From the NCBI GenBank assembly GCA_963668645.2, contig CAXXWC010000019.1, positions 128,001 through 192,000 of the forward strand: DNA of 64,000 nt. Reading direction: 5' to 3'. This DNA is from Desulfobacterales bacterium (GTDB lineage: Bacteria; Desulfobacterota; Desulfobacteria; Desulfobacterales; UBA2174). The notes beneath the pieces are model-generated. The model was not told where the DNA came from, searched no databases, and saw only the letters and a program-made list of their open reading frames with translations. The position numbers and the translations under genes are program-made. Positions 50,570 to 60,135 of the stretch are shown here, piece after piece (positions within the stretch are counted from its first letter, which is position 1; every line of letters starts with the position of its first letter).

Positions 50570-51601
50570 ATGGATTTGAATGCCGTGTGGTTTTTTCTGT
50601 GGGGCCTGCTGTGGGCGGTGTTTTTCATGACCGACGGATTCGACTTCGGTGTGGGCACCCTCTATCCGTTCATCGCCCGCACCGACACCGAGCGACGCGT
50701 AGCCATCAATACCCTCGGTCCCCTGTGGGACGGCAACGAGGTCTGGCTCATCACCGCCGGCGGGGTCACCTTTGCCGCCTTTCCGCTGGTCTATGCCGTC
50801 ATGTTTTCGTCACTCTATTCGGCGCTTATGCTGATTCTTTTCGCCCTGATCCTCAGAGGGGTGAGCTTCGAGTTTCGCAGCAAAATCGATGACCCGCGCT
50901 GGCGCCGCATCTGGGACGGGTGCATCTTCGTCGGCAGCCTGCTGCCCGGGCTGCTTTTCGGCGTCGCTTTTGCCAACATCTTTCAGGGACTGCCCATTGA
51001 CCGCGACGGGCTGCTCCACGGCAACCTGCTGACCTTGCTCAACCCCTACGGGCTTTTGGGTGGCGTCCTGTTCGTGCTCCTGTTCGTCCAGCACGGGGCA
51101 CTCTGGCTGGCATACAAAACCGAGGCAGACCTGCACCGGCGCGCGCACACGGTGGCCGTGCGCCTCTGGCCCCTGGTCCTGGTGATCGCGGCCATTTTCC
51201 TGGTCGCCAGCGCCTGGGCAACACCCCTTTACGACAATTACCTGGCCCATCCATTGCTGTTCATCGTGCCGGCTCTGGCCGTGGCGGCCCTGGCGGCAGT
51301 GCGGGTGCTGGTGGGCCGAAAGGCACATTTCAAGGCCTGGCTGGCCTCGGCGGGAACCATTGTGGCCTGCACATTTTTCGGTGTGATCGGCCTGTTTCCC
51401 AACATGTTCCCTTCCACGATCAACCCACGCTTCAGCCTGACGGCCTACAACGCGGCTTCCAGCCCGTTGACCCTCACCATCATGCTGGTGGTGGTGCTGA
51501 TGTTCATCCCGGTGGTGCTGATTTACCAGATCTGGGCCTACCGCCTGTTTCACCGCAAGGTGACCGAGGCGGATCTGACCAGCGGCGAAGCAGCCTACTA
51601 G
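50570..51601 (+). CDS. cydB: Cytochrome bd oxidase subunit II
   Basis: DGFDFG, GPLWDGNEVWL and RGVSFEFR motifs. Confidence 0.97.
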   Translation: MDLNAVWFFLWGLLWAVFFMTDGFDFGVGTLYPFIARTDTERRVAINTLGPLWDGNEVWLITAGGVTFAAFPLVYAVMFSSLYSALMLILFALILRGVSFEFRSKIDDPRWRRIWDGCIFVGSLLPGLLFGVAFANIFQGLPIDRDGLLHGNLLTLLNPYGLLGGVLFVLLFVQHGALWLAYKTEADLHRRAHTVAVRLWPLVLVIAAIFLVASAWATPLYDNYLAHPLLFIVPALAVAALAAVRVLVGRKAHFKAWLASAGTIVACTFFGVIGLFPNMFPSTINPRFSLTAYNAASSPLTLTIMLVVVLMFIPVVLIYQIWAYRLFHRKVTEADLTSGEAAY

Positions 51602-51694
51602 CCCCTGAAAGAGCGGTTTGACTTTGGCGGAAGGCTCTGGCAGAGTATTTCATCTGAGTGACAAGACACCTGCAAAGTGCCCAGGAGCGCCAAG

Positions 51695-52054
51695 ATGAAA
51701 AGCCAATGGATATTCCGCCTGACAGTGACGGTCGCAGCAGTTATGGTCTTGCTCCCCTTCAGCCTTTGGGCCGCCGGACCGAACAAGGGGGCCGAACAGA
51801 TCGTCATCGATGGGGGCGGAAAGGGGCCGGTCCCCTTTCCGCATCACCGGCATCAGGCAGCTTTGACCGACTGCAATGCCTGTCACACGGTTTTCCCCCA
51901 GGAGCCCGGCAGCATCCAACGGCTCAAGGCCGCCGGCACGTTGAAAGCCAAATCGGACGTGATGAACAAGTTGTGCATCGCGTGCCACCGGGCCAAAAAA
52001 TCCGCGGGCGAAAAGACCGGGCCGGTCACATGCAGTACCTGCCACCAAAAATAG
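51695..52054 (+). CDS. Class III cytochrome c with three hemes (c7-like)
   Basis: Signal peptide; FPHHRH, CNACH, CIACH and CSTCH. Confidence 0.85.
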   Translation: MKSQWIFRLTVTVAAVMVLLPFSLWAAGPNKGAEQIVIDGGGKGPVPFPHHRHQAALTDCNACHTVFPQEPGSIQRLKAAGTLKAKSDVMNKLCIACHRAKKSAGEKTGPVTCSTCHQK

Positions 52055-52073
52055 CCAGTGGACGGGAGTGACC

Positions 52074-53036
52074 ATGCTCGTATTGGGTCTTCAGGGAAGC
52101 CCGCGGCGCAAAGGCAACACCGCCTTTTTGCTCGATCTGTTTTTGTCCGAGGCCGCCCGTCTGGGCGCCCGCACCCGGGTGATCCACCCGGCTAGGGAGC
52201 CCATCGCCGCCTGCCGGGGCTGCGGGACCTGTGAGAAGCAGGGCCTGTGCGTCAATCAGGACATCATGGGCGAGGCCTTCTTTCCACTCTTGCGCGAAGC
52301 GGATCTGGTGGTGGCCGCCTCGCCGGTCTACTTCTACGGGATAACGGCCCAGCTCAAGGGATTCATCGACCGCTGCCAGACCTTCTGGTCGCGCAAGTAC
52401 CGCCTCAGGCTGACCGATCCTGGGGCGGCGACCCGTTCAGGCCTGCTGCTGGCCGTTGCCGCTTCCCACGGCTCCCAGCTTTTCGAGGGTTTGCAGCTCA
52501 CGGCCCGCTACTTTTTCGACGCCATCGCGGCCCGCGACGGAGGCGCCTTGACCTACCGCGGAATCGAGCATACCGGCGACATGGCCCACCATCCCGAGGC
52601 CGCCCTGGAAACAGCCCGGCTGGCGGCAAGCCTTCTCGGCCCCCTGGTTGAACGGCACACCGTGGCTTTTTACGACGCGTCGAGCACCGGCGCCGCCTGG
52701 GTGGCTGCGGCCTGGATGCGCCACCTGGCCGGAGACCGATGGGATGTGTACGCCGCCCCGGCGCCGGCGGACAAGACCCTGAAGGCAGGCCTGGGCCGCG
52801 TCATGGCCCAAAGCGGCATCGATATGGGCTATTACCAATCCCAACCCCTGGAGCAGGCCCCGCAGCCTGTGGACCGGGTCATCGCCCTGGGCGCCACAAC
52901 GCCTGAAGAGCCTCGCCAAACCTTGTGCTGGCCCATTCCAGCGCTTGACACCGGCACCGATCTCGAGCTGGCATCGTTTTGCGATGCCATTCGAACCCAG
53001 GTGCGACGCTTTATCGATCACGATGAAAACCGCTGA
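52074..53036 (+). CDS. Iron-sulfur flavoprotein (Isf/flavodoxin-like) fused to a degenerate LMW-PTP/ArsC-like domain
   Basis: [22 protein letters not shown] and KGFIDR motifs; C-terminal MAQSGIDM...DRVIALG...WPIP. Confidence 0.8.
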   Translation: MLVLGLQGSPRRKGNTAFLLDLFLSEAARLGARTRVIHPAREPIAACRGCGTCEKQGLCVNQDIMGEAFFPLLREADLVVAASPVYFYGITAQLKGFIDRCQTFWSRKYRLRLTDPGAATRSGLLLAVAASHGSQLFEGLQLTARYFFDAIAARDGGALTYRGIEHTGDMAHHPEAALETARLAASLLGPLVERHTVAFYDASSTGAAWVAAAWMRHLAGDRWDVYAAPAPADKTLKAGLGRVMAQSGIDMGYYQSQPLEQAPQPVDRVIALGATTPEEPRQTLCWPIPALDTGTDLELASFCDAIRTQVRRFIDHDENR

Positions 53037-53059
53037 CTCAAATAAAAAAGGAGGAAAGC

Positions 53060-53221
53060 ATGGACCGTTACGTTTGCACGATCTGCGGCTATGTCTACGA
53101 CCCGGCCCAGGGCGACCCGGACAACGGTGTGGCGCCGGGCACCGCGTTCGAGGACCTGCCCGATAGCTGGGAATGCCCGGTCTGCGGTGCATCCAAGGAC
53201 GACTTCGAAAAGGAAGAATGA
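53060..53221 (+). CDS. rub: Rubredoxin
   Basis: Absent from the ORF track; hand translation gives [62 protein letters not shown]. Confidence 0.97.
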   Translation: MDRYVCTICGYVYDPAQGDPDNGVAPGTAFEDLPDSWECPVCGASKDDFEKEE

Positions 53222-53370
53222 TTTTTAGCGGCGGCCGGGGCATCCGGCCGCCGCACCCTTTTGCACAAGACACCGGCCGGTGGCGGATGCCTTGCGCAAA
53301 AGGGTGCCGAACCGTTAAAATACGCGACCGCCGCGATAACCATTATTGCCAGTAACGAAAAGGAAGACAG

Positions 53371-54576
53371 ATGAAACCGATTGAAATCGCCAAAGGGATC
53401 TATGACGTCGGGGTACATGACTGGAACATCCGGGACTTTCACGGCTATTCGACCTATCAGGGAACCACCTACAACAGTTTCCTGATCGTCGACGATAAGA
53501 TCGCCCTGATCGATACGGTCAAGCAGCCCTTCGCCGATCAACTGCTCGATAACATCGCGCGCATCGTCGATCCGAAAAAGATCGATCTGGTGATCAGCAA
53601 CCACACCGAAATGGACCACTCCGGTTCCCTGCCGCGCCTGATGCACCGCATCGGCGAAGACAAGCCGCTCTATTGCTCGAAAATGGGCCACAAGAATCTT
53701 TCGCACCACTTTTCCCAGCCCTGGAACTACCAGGTGGTGGAAAACGAGGGCCAGCTGAGCCTGGGCCGGCGCACCCTGACCTTTCTGGAAACGCGCATGC
53801 TCCACTGGCCGGACAGCATGTTCACCTATGTCAAGGAAGACGAGATCCTTTTTTCCTCCGATGCCTTCGGCCAGCATTACGCCAGCCCGTTCAAGTTCGA
53901 CGACGAGGCCGACGGTGCCGAGGTCTGGTTCCAGGCCAAGAAGTACTTTGCCAACATCCTGATGCTCTATGCCCCCAAGATCCTCAAGCTCATCGAGCAG
54001 GTGACCGCCATGGGCCTGACCTTCAAGATGATCTGCCCGGATCACGGCATCCTTTGGCGCGCCGATCCGCTCAAGATCGTCAAGGCTTATAACGAATGGT
54101 CCCTGCAGCGGCCGGCCAAGAAGGCCATCGTGGTCTATGACACCATGTGGCACAGCACCGAGCGTATGGCCGAGGCGGTGGTCGAGGGGCTGGCGGCCGA
54201 AGGGGTTCCGGCCGAACCGATTCACATCCGCTCTTCCCACCGCAGCGAGATCATGACCCAAGCTCTGGACGCCGGGGCCATCGTTTTCGGTTCTCCGACC
54301 CTCAACAACCAGATGTTTCCCACCGTGGCCGACGTGCTCACCTACATGAAGGGGCTCAAGCCGAGAAACAAGGTCGCCGCGGCCTTCGGCTCCTACGGCT
54401 GGAGCGGCGAATCGGTCAAGCTGGTGTCCCAGGAACTCGAAGCCATGGGCTTTGAGATGGTCGCCCCCGGCGTCCGCCTGCAGTACGTGCCGGACGCCGA
54501 AGGCCTGGAAAACTGCGTGGCCCTGGGCCGCGCCGTGGCCCGCCAGCTTCTGGCCAAGCTGGAAGCCGGGGCCTGA
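53371..54576 (+). CDS. Flavodiiron protein (rubredoxin:oxygen oxidoreductase / FprA)
   Basis: GTTYNS, NHTEMDHSG, LHWPDSM, SSDAFG and PDHG motifs; C-terminal flavodoxin domain. Confidence 0.95.
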   Translation: MKPIEIAKGIYDVGVHDWNIRDFHGYSTYQGTTYNSFLIVDDKIALIDTVKQPFADQLLDNIARIVDPKKIDLVISNHTEMDHSGSLPRLMHRIGEDKPLYCSKMGHKNLSHHFSQPWNYQVVENEGQLSLGRRTLTFLETRMLHWPDSMFTYVKEDEILFSSDAFGQHYASPFKFDDEADGAEVWFQAKKYFANILMLYAPKILKLIEQVTAMGLTFKMICPDHGILWRADPLKIVKAYNEWSLQRPAKKAIVVYDTMWHSTERMAEAVVEGLAAEGVPAEPIHIRSSHRSEIMTQALDAGAIVFGSPTLNNQMFPTVADVLTYMKGLKPRNKVAAAFGSYGWSGESVKLVSQELEAMGFEMVAPGVRLQYVPDAEGLENCVALGRAVARQLLAKLEAGA

Positions 54577-54577
54577 A

Positions 54578-54772
54578 ATGGCACGCCGGCCCGTGGTCGA
54601 TCTGGCCGATTGCAGCCGCTGCGAAGGATGCATCGCGGTCTGCCCCACGGTCTTTTTCATGAATGGTGCGGGCTTCATCGAAGCGGCCGAGCTCCAGGTC
54701 TATCCTGAAAAAGAGGTCGACGAGGCGATCAAGAACTGCCCGGAGGATTGCATTTACTGGGATGAGGGATAG
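54578..54772 (+). CDS. Single-cluster ferredoxin
   Basis: CSRCEGCIAVCP...NCPEDCI. Confidence 0.88.
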   Translation: MARRPVVDLADCSRCEGCIAVCPTVFFMNGAGFIEAAELQVYPEKEVDEAIKNCPEDCIYWDEG

Positions 54773-54825
54773 AGGCACCCCGGCGGCGCCCTGCCGTTGC
54801 CGGGTGCCGGGCTGAAAGGAACCGT

Positions 54826-55173
54826 ATGACCACTTATGCCCTGTTTGTCTTCAACGGCGATCCCATGTGCTTCATCCATGTCCTGCTCAACGCCCTGGAC
54901 ATGCACCAGCGCGGCGACCGGGTGCGCCTGGTGATCGAGGGGGCCGCCACCGGCCTGCTGCCCGAGCTGGAAAAGGAAGGCCATCCCCTCCACAAGCTCT
55001 GGCAAAAAACCTTGGCGGCCGGCCTGGTGGACGGGGTTTGCAGAGCCTGCGCCACCAAGACCGGAGGGCTGGAAACGGCCCGGAAATCGGGCCTGGCCCT
55101 GCTGGATGAAATGAGCGGCCATCCGTCCATGGCCGCCTACCGCCAGGCCGGCTGTGAATTGGTCACCTTCTGA
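54826..55173 (+). CDS. DsrE-family protein
   Basis: MCFIHVLLNALD, LVIEG, VCRAC and GHPSM motifs. Confidence 0.8.
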   Translation: MTTYALFVFNGDPMCFIHVLLNALDMHQRGDRVRLVIEGAATGLLPELEKEGHPLHKLWQKTLAAGLVDGVCRACATKTGGLETARKSGLALLDEMSGHPSMAAYRQAGCELVTF

Positions 55174-55906
55174 GGCCGGCTCGGGCGGAAGCTTCCGGCG
55201 CCTCAAACAGGCGTTGGAACCGCTGCTGCGCGAGGCGCCGCCCGAGGTGCTGCGTGCGGCCGTTACGCGAATCGCGCCCCAGCGGGCCGTCAATCCGCTG
55301 ATCTCCTTTTTCTACCACCCCGAGCCGATGGTGCGCTGGCGCGCCGTTTCGGCCTTCGGCATCGTCACCGCCGGCCTGGCCCAGGAGCGCATCGAGGCGG
55401 CCCGGGTGGTGATGCGCCGGCTCATGTGGCACCTGAACGACGAATCCGGCGGGATCGGCTGGGGCGCGCCCGAGGCGATGGGCGAAACCCTTGCGCGCAG
55501 CCCGCAGCTGGCCGCAGAATACCACCGCATCCTGGTCTCCTATGTCCGCAAGGACGGCAATTTCCTGGAACACCCCATCTTGCAGCGCGGCGCGCTGTGG
55601 GCCGCAGCACGCCTGGCCGAGGCCCATCCGGCCCTGGCGGCCGGCGCGGCACCGGCGCTGGCCAATTTTATGACATCATCCGACGCCCACCACCGGGGCC
55701 TGGCGGTTTGGGCGGCCGGTCTGATCGCAGACCGCGGCATGATTGCCGGCATCGAAAAACTCCGCGGCGACAAGGATTGCATCGATCTTTACCGCCGCTG
55801 GCACCTGGAACGAATTAAAGTGGCCGATCTGGCGGCCGAGGCGTTGACCCGCCTGGGGCCACAGCAAGGATCCTTCTGTGTCGCGGCCGATGGACATACC
55901 CCATGA
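55154..55906 (+). CDS. HEAT-repeat-like conserved protein (start uncertain)
   Basis: RRLMWHLNDESGGIGWGAPEAMGE motif and helical repeats. Confidence 0.7.
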   Translation: MNWSPSEAGSGGSFRRLKQALEPLLREAPPEVLRAAVTRIAPQRAVNPLISFFYHPEPMVRWRAVSAFGIVTAGLAQERIEAARVVMRRLMWHLNDESGGIGWGAPEAMGETLARSPQLAAEYHRILVSYVRKDGNFLEHPILQRGALWAAARLAEAHPALAAGAAPALANFMTSSDAHHRGLAVWAAGLIADRGMIAGIEKLRGDKDCIDLYRRWHLERIKVADLAAEALTRLGPQQGSFCVAADGHTP

Positions 55907-56334
55907 GTAATTCAGCCGAATATCCCGATCTACCCCGCTTGGCAGTGGGGGCAGTGGTCGTCCACCAGGGCCGGATCCTGCTCGTACGGCGCGCCAAGGC
56001 CCCGGCCAAAGGGCTCTGGGCCATCCCGGGCGGCAGCGTGAATCTGGGCGAAACCCTCCAGCAGGCCGCCGAGCGCGAGATCCTCGAAGAGACCGGCCTC
56101 ACCATACGCGCAGCAGAGCCCCTGCTGACCTTCGAAACCATCCGCCGCGACCCGGACGGCCGGGTGCGCTTTCACTACGTGATCGTCGATCTGGCGGCCG
56201 TCTACGTGGCCGGAGACCTGGCCCCGGCCGACGACGCTGCCGAGGCCCGCTGGTTTTCGGCCGCCGAGGCCGAGGCTGAACCGGAGATGGTCGAAAAGAC
56301 CCGCGAGCTGATGCGCAGCGTGCTGAGCGCTTGA
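55903..56334 (+). CDS. Nudix hydrolase (ADP-ribose pyrophosphatase-like)
   Basis: WAIPGG...AAEREILEETG Nudix box and FHYVIVD. Confidence 0.9.
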   Translation: MSNSAEYPDLPRLAVGAVVVHQGRILLVRRAKAPAKGLWAIPGGSVNLGETLQQAAEREILEETGLTIRAAEPLLTFETIRRDPDGRVRFHYVIVDLAAVYVAGDLAPADDAAEARWFSAAEAEAEPEMVEKTRELMRSVLSA

Positions 56335-56426
56335 CACGGGACTGGTCATCGACCGGGTCTGGAGGCTGAAAGACGGCGGCCCGCCACCGCCGCCGTCATC
56401 TGCCCCGCCGTTTTACACACCCGGGC

Positions 56427-58562
56427 TCAGTATTGATATGCCAAACCGAAATAAAAAGAGCGGCCCGGCGACCAACTGTCTTCGTTGGTGGAGTAATATT
56501 CGTCGAAAAGATTTCTGATTTTCAGCTTCAGGCGCACCTCCCCGAAATCTTCAATCTTCCAGATCCGCTGGCTCAAATGCAGATCCACCACCGTGGCATC
56601 CCCGACCTCCTCGAGCTTCTCGTTGTCGGAAGTATATTGATCCCCGTAGTAGGTGGCATCGAGGCCGGCGATCAAGCCGATCTTCCGGCTGTCAAAGACG
56701 ATACCGAAGGCGAGGGAATCGCGGGAACGGTTTTCCAGCTTATCGCCGTTGCCATCCTCGAACTCGAACAGGTGGGTCCAGGAAACGTAAGGCTCGAGGG
56801 TGTAGTCCAATCCGTAATAGGCCCCCACATCGAACCGGCCTCCGATTTCGATGCCGTTTATGGTCGCCTCGTCTACATTGTAATACCAGTAATGCTTGCC
56901 CGCGGAATAATGGCTGTCGCCCACGTTGTGGGTTTCATAGCCGATCAGATCCTCATACTGGCTATAAAAAAACGTTCCGGAAAACACGAAAGAATTATAA
57001 TCGATGTCAAAACCGGCGTCCCAGTTATCGCTTTTTTCAGGTTTCAGATCGGGGTTGCCGATAAAAGGCGTGGACATCATCACCGTGTAACCGGTCAACT
57101 GCCGGGGCAGGGGCATTTTGAAGGCTTGGGCGTAATTGGCCCTTAGTTTGATCAAATCCAGGGGGCTGTAGGCGATACCGATGGACGGGGTCCAGTTGTC
57201 CTGATCGATGTCCCTGAAAACGGTCAGGCCTTCTTTGATTTTTTCAGCATCCACCGCAATGTCGTACAGATCATAGCGCAACCCGCCTGAAATCACCAGG
57301 TTGCGGTTTTCCAGCAGGTAGAGTTTTCCGATCAAAAAAGCGCCCCAACTGTCATAATCGCTCACCGCCCTGTTTTGCGTGGAGGCGCTGGCGGCCGCTC
57401 CGGTCTGGCTCTGGTCGAAATCATAGGCCATCCAATCGACCCCGCCGACGATTCGGGCCATCTCGAATTCATGGCCGATCTGGGCCTGGCCTCCCCGATA
57501 CCTGTTTTCGTTCTCGGACAGCGGCAACTGGGTATCGCTGGTTTTGGTAAACCTGGACAGATCATAGTTCACTTCGCCCTGGAAATAGCGCGCCAGCCAC
57601 GTCGTGGCCTTGGACGGACTGCTTCCTTCATAGGAGATATCGGCGCTATAATTGTCCCGGTTTTGCCGGGTGTAGTAGTAATAGCGGGAAGAGGCGTCTT
57701 CCCCTTTGCCGGCATCGTCGATTTGCGATCCCTGCAAAATTATGCCCAACCGGTTATTCGGGTTGAAGTTATACCCGGTATTGAGCGTATACCGGGTTCG
57801 CGACCCGAGGTCGCTGTTTTCAAAGTTGTCCCCATTGCCGAGTTTGTAGTCATTGCGGGTAAAATAATCGGCGAAAACGGAAAAATCGAAGCTGCCGGAT
57901 TGACCTGACGCAGCGGCTTTGTAGCGCTGTGCTTCCCAACTGCCGAAGCCGGCTTCGATGGCCGCCGCGGGCTTTTGCTTCCCTCTTTTGGTAATCACGT
58001 TGATCACGCCGCCCATGGCGGCGGCGCCATACTGGACCGCTCCCGGCCCCCTGATGACTTCGATGCGTTCGGTGGCATTCAGATCGAGCATGGACAGAAA
58101 ATCCGATCCGCTTCGATGCCCGTCCACCAGCACCAGAATATCGCCGGCGATATCGAATCCGTGCATGGAACTGCGCCCGCCCCGGATCACCACGCCCTCG
58201 TTGCCGTAACTTTCGGCGCCATCATGATAGACCTGGATCCCGGCCGATTTGAGCAAATCGGCGACGGTCTCGGCACCGGATCTTTCAATATCCTTCTGCG
58301 AAAAAACGGTCACATGCTGGCTGACCCCCTGCAATTGCTCCGGCACACGATCGGCGGTCACCACCATTGTGTCCAGTCGATGGGCACTGCCATCCTGCGA
58401 TCGGTCCGCGTCCTGGGCCCATCCGATGCCGGCCGGCAGCAGCAATCCCAAAAGCAGTGCCCGGTTTAATATTGTTCTGATAAGGTTGGAATTGATCCGG
58501 GCTTCTTGAAAGGTTGAGGATTGGCATCCGATTTTCGGAAACCGCCGTGCTTGTGAATTCAC
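56427..58562 (-). CDS. TonB-dependent receptor, probably for cobalamin/corrinoids (BtuB-like)
   Basis: TonB box DTMVVTA, ERIEVIRGP..YG..AMGGVINVITK, NPDLKPE, aromatic C-terminal residue; B12 riboswitch upstream; RBS AAGGAGG. Confidence 0.88.
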   Translation of the reverse strand: MNSQARRFPKIGCQSSTFQEARINSNLIRTILNRALLLGLLLPAGIGWAQDADRSQDGSAHRLDTMVVTADRVPEQLQGVSQHVTVFSQKDIERSGAETVADLLKSAGIQVYHDGAESYGNEGVVIRGGRSSMHGFDIAGDILVLVDGHRSGSDFLSMLDLNATERIEVIRGPGAVQYGAAAMGGVINVITKRGKQKPAAAIEAGFGSWEAQRYKAAASGQSGSFDFSVFADYFTRNDYKLGNGDNFENSDLGSRTRYTLNTGYNFNPNNRLGIILQGSQIDDAGKGEDASSRYYYYTRQNRDNYSADISYEGSSPSKATTWLARYFQGEVNYDLSRFTKTSDTQLPLSENENRYRGGQAQIGHEFEMARIVGGVDWMAYDFDQSQTGAAASASTQNRAVSDYDSWGAFLIGKLYLLENRNLVISGGLRYDLYDIAVDAEKIKEGLTVFRDIDQDNWTPSIGIAYSPLDLIKLRANYAQAFKMPLPRQLTGYTVMMSTPFIGNPDLKPEKSDNWDAGFDIDYNSFVFSGTFFYSQYEDLIGYETHNVGDSHYSAGKHYWYYNVDEATINGIEIGGRFDVGAYYGLDYTLEPYVSWTHLFEFEDGNGDKLENRSRDSLAFGIVFDSRKIGLIAGLDATYYGDQYTSDNEKLEEVGDATVVDLHLSQRIWKIEDFGEVRLKLKIRNLFDEYYSTNEDSWSPGRSFYFGLAYQY

Positions 58563-58657
58563 TTGTTGCCTCCTTGGTTGATGAGATTCACAACATCCAG
58601 TCCACGTCCCATCCAGATAAGCGAACGTGCGGATCGAATTTTCAGGACCAAGAAGAC

Positions 58658-58694
58658 AAAAAAATCCCCCAGCCCTGAAACGGGCTGGGGGATT
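58658..58694 (-). terminator. Intrinsic terminator in the riboswitch leader
   Basis: Minus strand AATCCCCCAGCCC-6 nt-GGGCTGGGGGATT ending in a T7 run. Confidence 0.85.
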
Positions 58695-58854
58695 GCACCC
58701 GGTTTAACTTGATCTCCCCAGCGCAAGAGAATCTTTTGATGCGCGCCTGTCCAAGTGGAATCACAAGGGCAGGCAACCGGCGCGGTGCGCCTCGCGCGGC
58801 AGCCGATTCTCTTGACAGCCCACGAATCCGCGTTCGTTCGCTCGGGCCATCGCT

Positions 58855-59016
58855 GCCGGCAGGTCTTCTGGTTTCCGGATCGCCCTACTCACCGCGCCTT
58901 CCCACCCGCTTGCTAACGGGCAGTGGCCTAATCGCGGATTTCGTCCCCGGTCACAGCGGCGGGACCACAACGGACTTTCACCGTTTTCCCTATTGAGTCC
59001 TAAAGGACACCGACAA
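58855..59016 (-). ncRNA. Cobalamin riboswitch
   Basis: Minus strand GGTG...AATAGGGAAAACGGTGAAAGTCCG...CCCGCCGCTGTGA...GCCACTG...TGGGAAGGCG...CCAGAAGACCTGCC (B12 box). Confidence 0.93.
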
Positions 59017-59099
59017 CAGATTTCTCTTAGAGGAATAACCGATCCACTGTCAAGCGATTTACCACCGGTCCAGTGCCGGCACGCGGCGGCGGCGATCTC

Positions 59100-59375
59100 C
59101 TATCTGAAAATCGCCTCGGCCCCGGACGGCGACACCAGGGGGTAGACCTCGAAACTGACCGGAACGATGTTGGCCCAGCGGGTCATGATGGCGTGCAATT
59201 CGTCGTTCGAGTCCACATCGAGTACGGCCGCGATGCCTCTGCCCACCCGGTAATAAAAATGGACCACCTTGCGTTTGGCCTTCAGATCGTCGATCCAGGC
59301 CCGAAACGTCGTCCTGGCCTCTTTGGCCTCGTCCGGTCTGGATGGATGGGGTGTACTGACGAGCAGATAGAGCAT
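59100..59375 (-). CDS. Small DUF3303/muconolactone-isomerase-fold-like protein
   Basis: VLDVDSNDELH...W...FEVYPL pattern; RBS AAGGAG. Confidence 0.65.
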   Translation of the reverse strand: MLYLLVSTPHPSRPDEAKEARTTFRAWIDDLKAKRKVVHFYYRVGRGIAAVLDVDSNDELHAIMTRWANIVPVSFEVYPLVSPSGAEAIFR

Positions 59376-59519
59376 GATCGGTCTCCTTGCCTTTTATCAT
59401 GGGGCCGGCGCGTTGCCGCCCCCGGTTCGGTCCACCATCATGCTATCAGATCGGCGGATACCGCTCAAGAAACAGGAAGGGGGGACAAACCGTGAAAGGC
59501 CCCTTGCCGCCATGGGGTC

Positions 59520-59559
59520 AAAGCAAAGCGGCCGGGAGGCCCGAAGGCCTCCCGGCCGC
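59520..59559 (-). terminator. Intrinsic terminator with a C(UUCG)G loop
   Basis: Minus strand GCGGCCGGGAGGCC-TTCG-GGCCTCCCGGCCGC followed by TTTGCTTT. Confidence 0.8.
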
Positions 59560-59592
59560 GAAAAATCGGGCCGACGTCTTGCCGTGCGGATT

Positions 59593-59913
59593 TCAGCAGC
59601 TTCCGTTGCGGGTCGAGGCCACCTCCACCCGCGCGTCCTCCAGTGCCGAAACGAGAATGCGCCCGGCCTGCGCAGCGAAAAAGGTGTCTCCGGTCGCGAG
59701 CAGGTGGTCTTGCAGGTCCCCTTCCTGGGTCACCCACAAACACCCCTTCAGGCACCGGATCACATCCCGCCGCCGGCGTCCGGCATCGATGACGTGCACC
59801 TGGCCCGCTTCCATCTCCAGACCTTCCACCCGCCTGAAAGACGCCGCAGGGTGCAAGACCCTGTTCATCGTCTGCCCGATCGATTCGATGTTAAAATGGG
59901 TATCTGTACGCAT
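59593..59913 (-). CDS. DUF2917-like small cupin protein
   Basis: CLKGCLWVTQEGD..DHLL..GD motif; divergent from the MocR-family gene. Confidence 0.75.
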   Translation of the reverse strand: MRTDTHFNIESIGQTMNRVLHPAASFRRVEGLEMEAGQVHVIDAGRRRRDVIRCLKGCLWVTQEGDLQDHLLATGDTFFAAQAGRILVSALEDARVEVASTRNGSC

Positions 59914-60135
59914 GGTTCTTCCTTCCTGATTGGTCCGTCTGTTTTACCTCGTTTAACTCGGCAATCCTTTTGATTGCTTCTCTTTGGCGCCTAAGTTAAT
60001 CTTCCTGAAACGAGCGGTACAGAAACAGAAAAGTCCTTTTGTTATGATAACAGGTCGATTTTTTCAAACCTGTTGCGTAAATTATGAATCGAACTGTACC
60101 GTTTCCAGTGGATGGGAGATCACGGAAGAAAAACC

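Noticed and set aside
46622..56334. Selenocysteine read-through in TGA-ending redox genes
   Set aside because: The proteins appear complete at their stops with all expected Cys ligands, and I saw no in-frame TGA at a Cys position.
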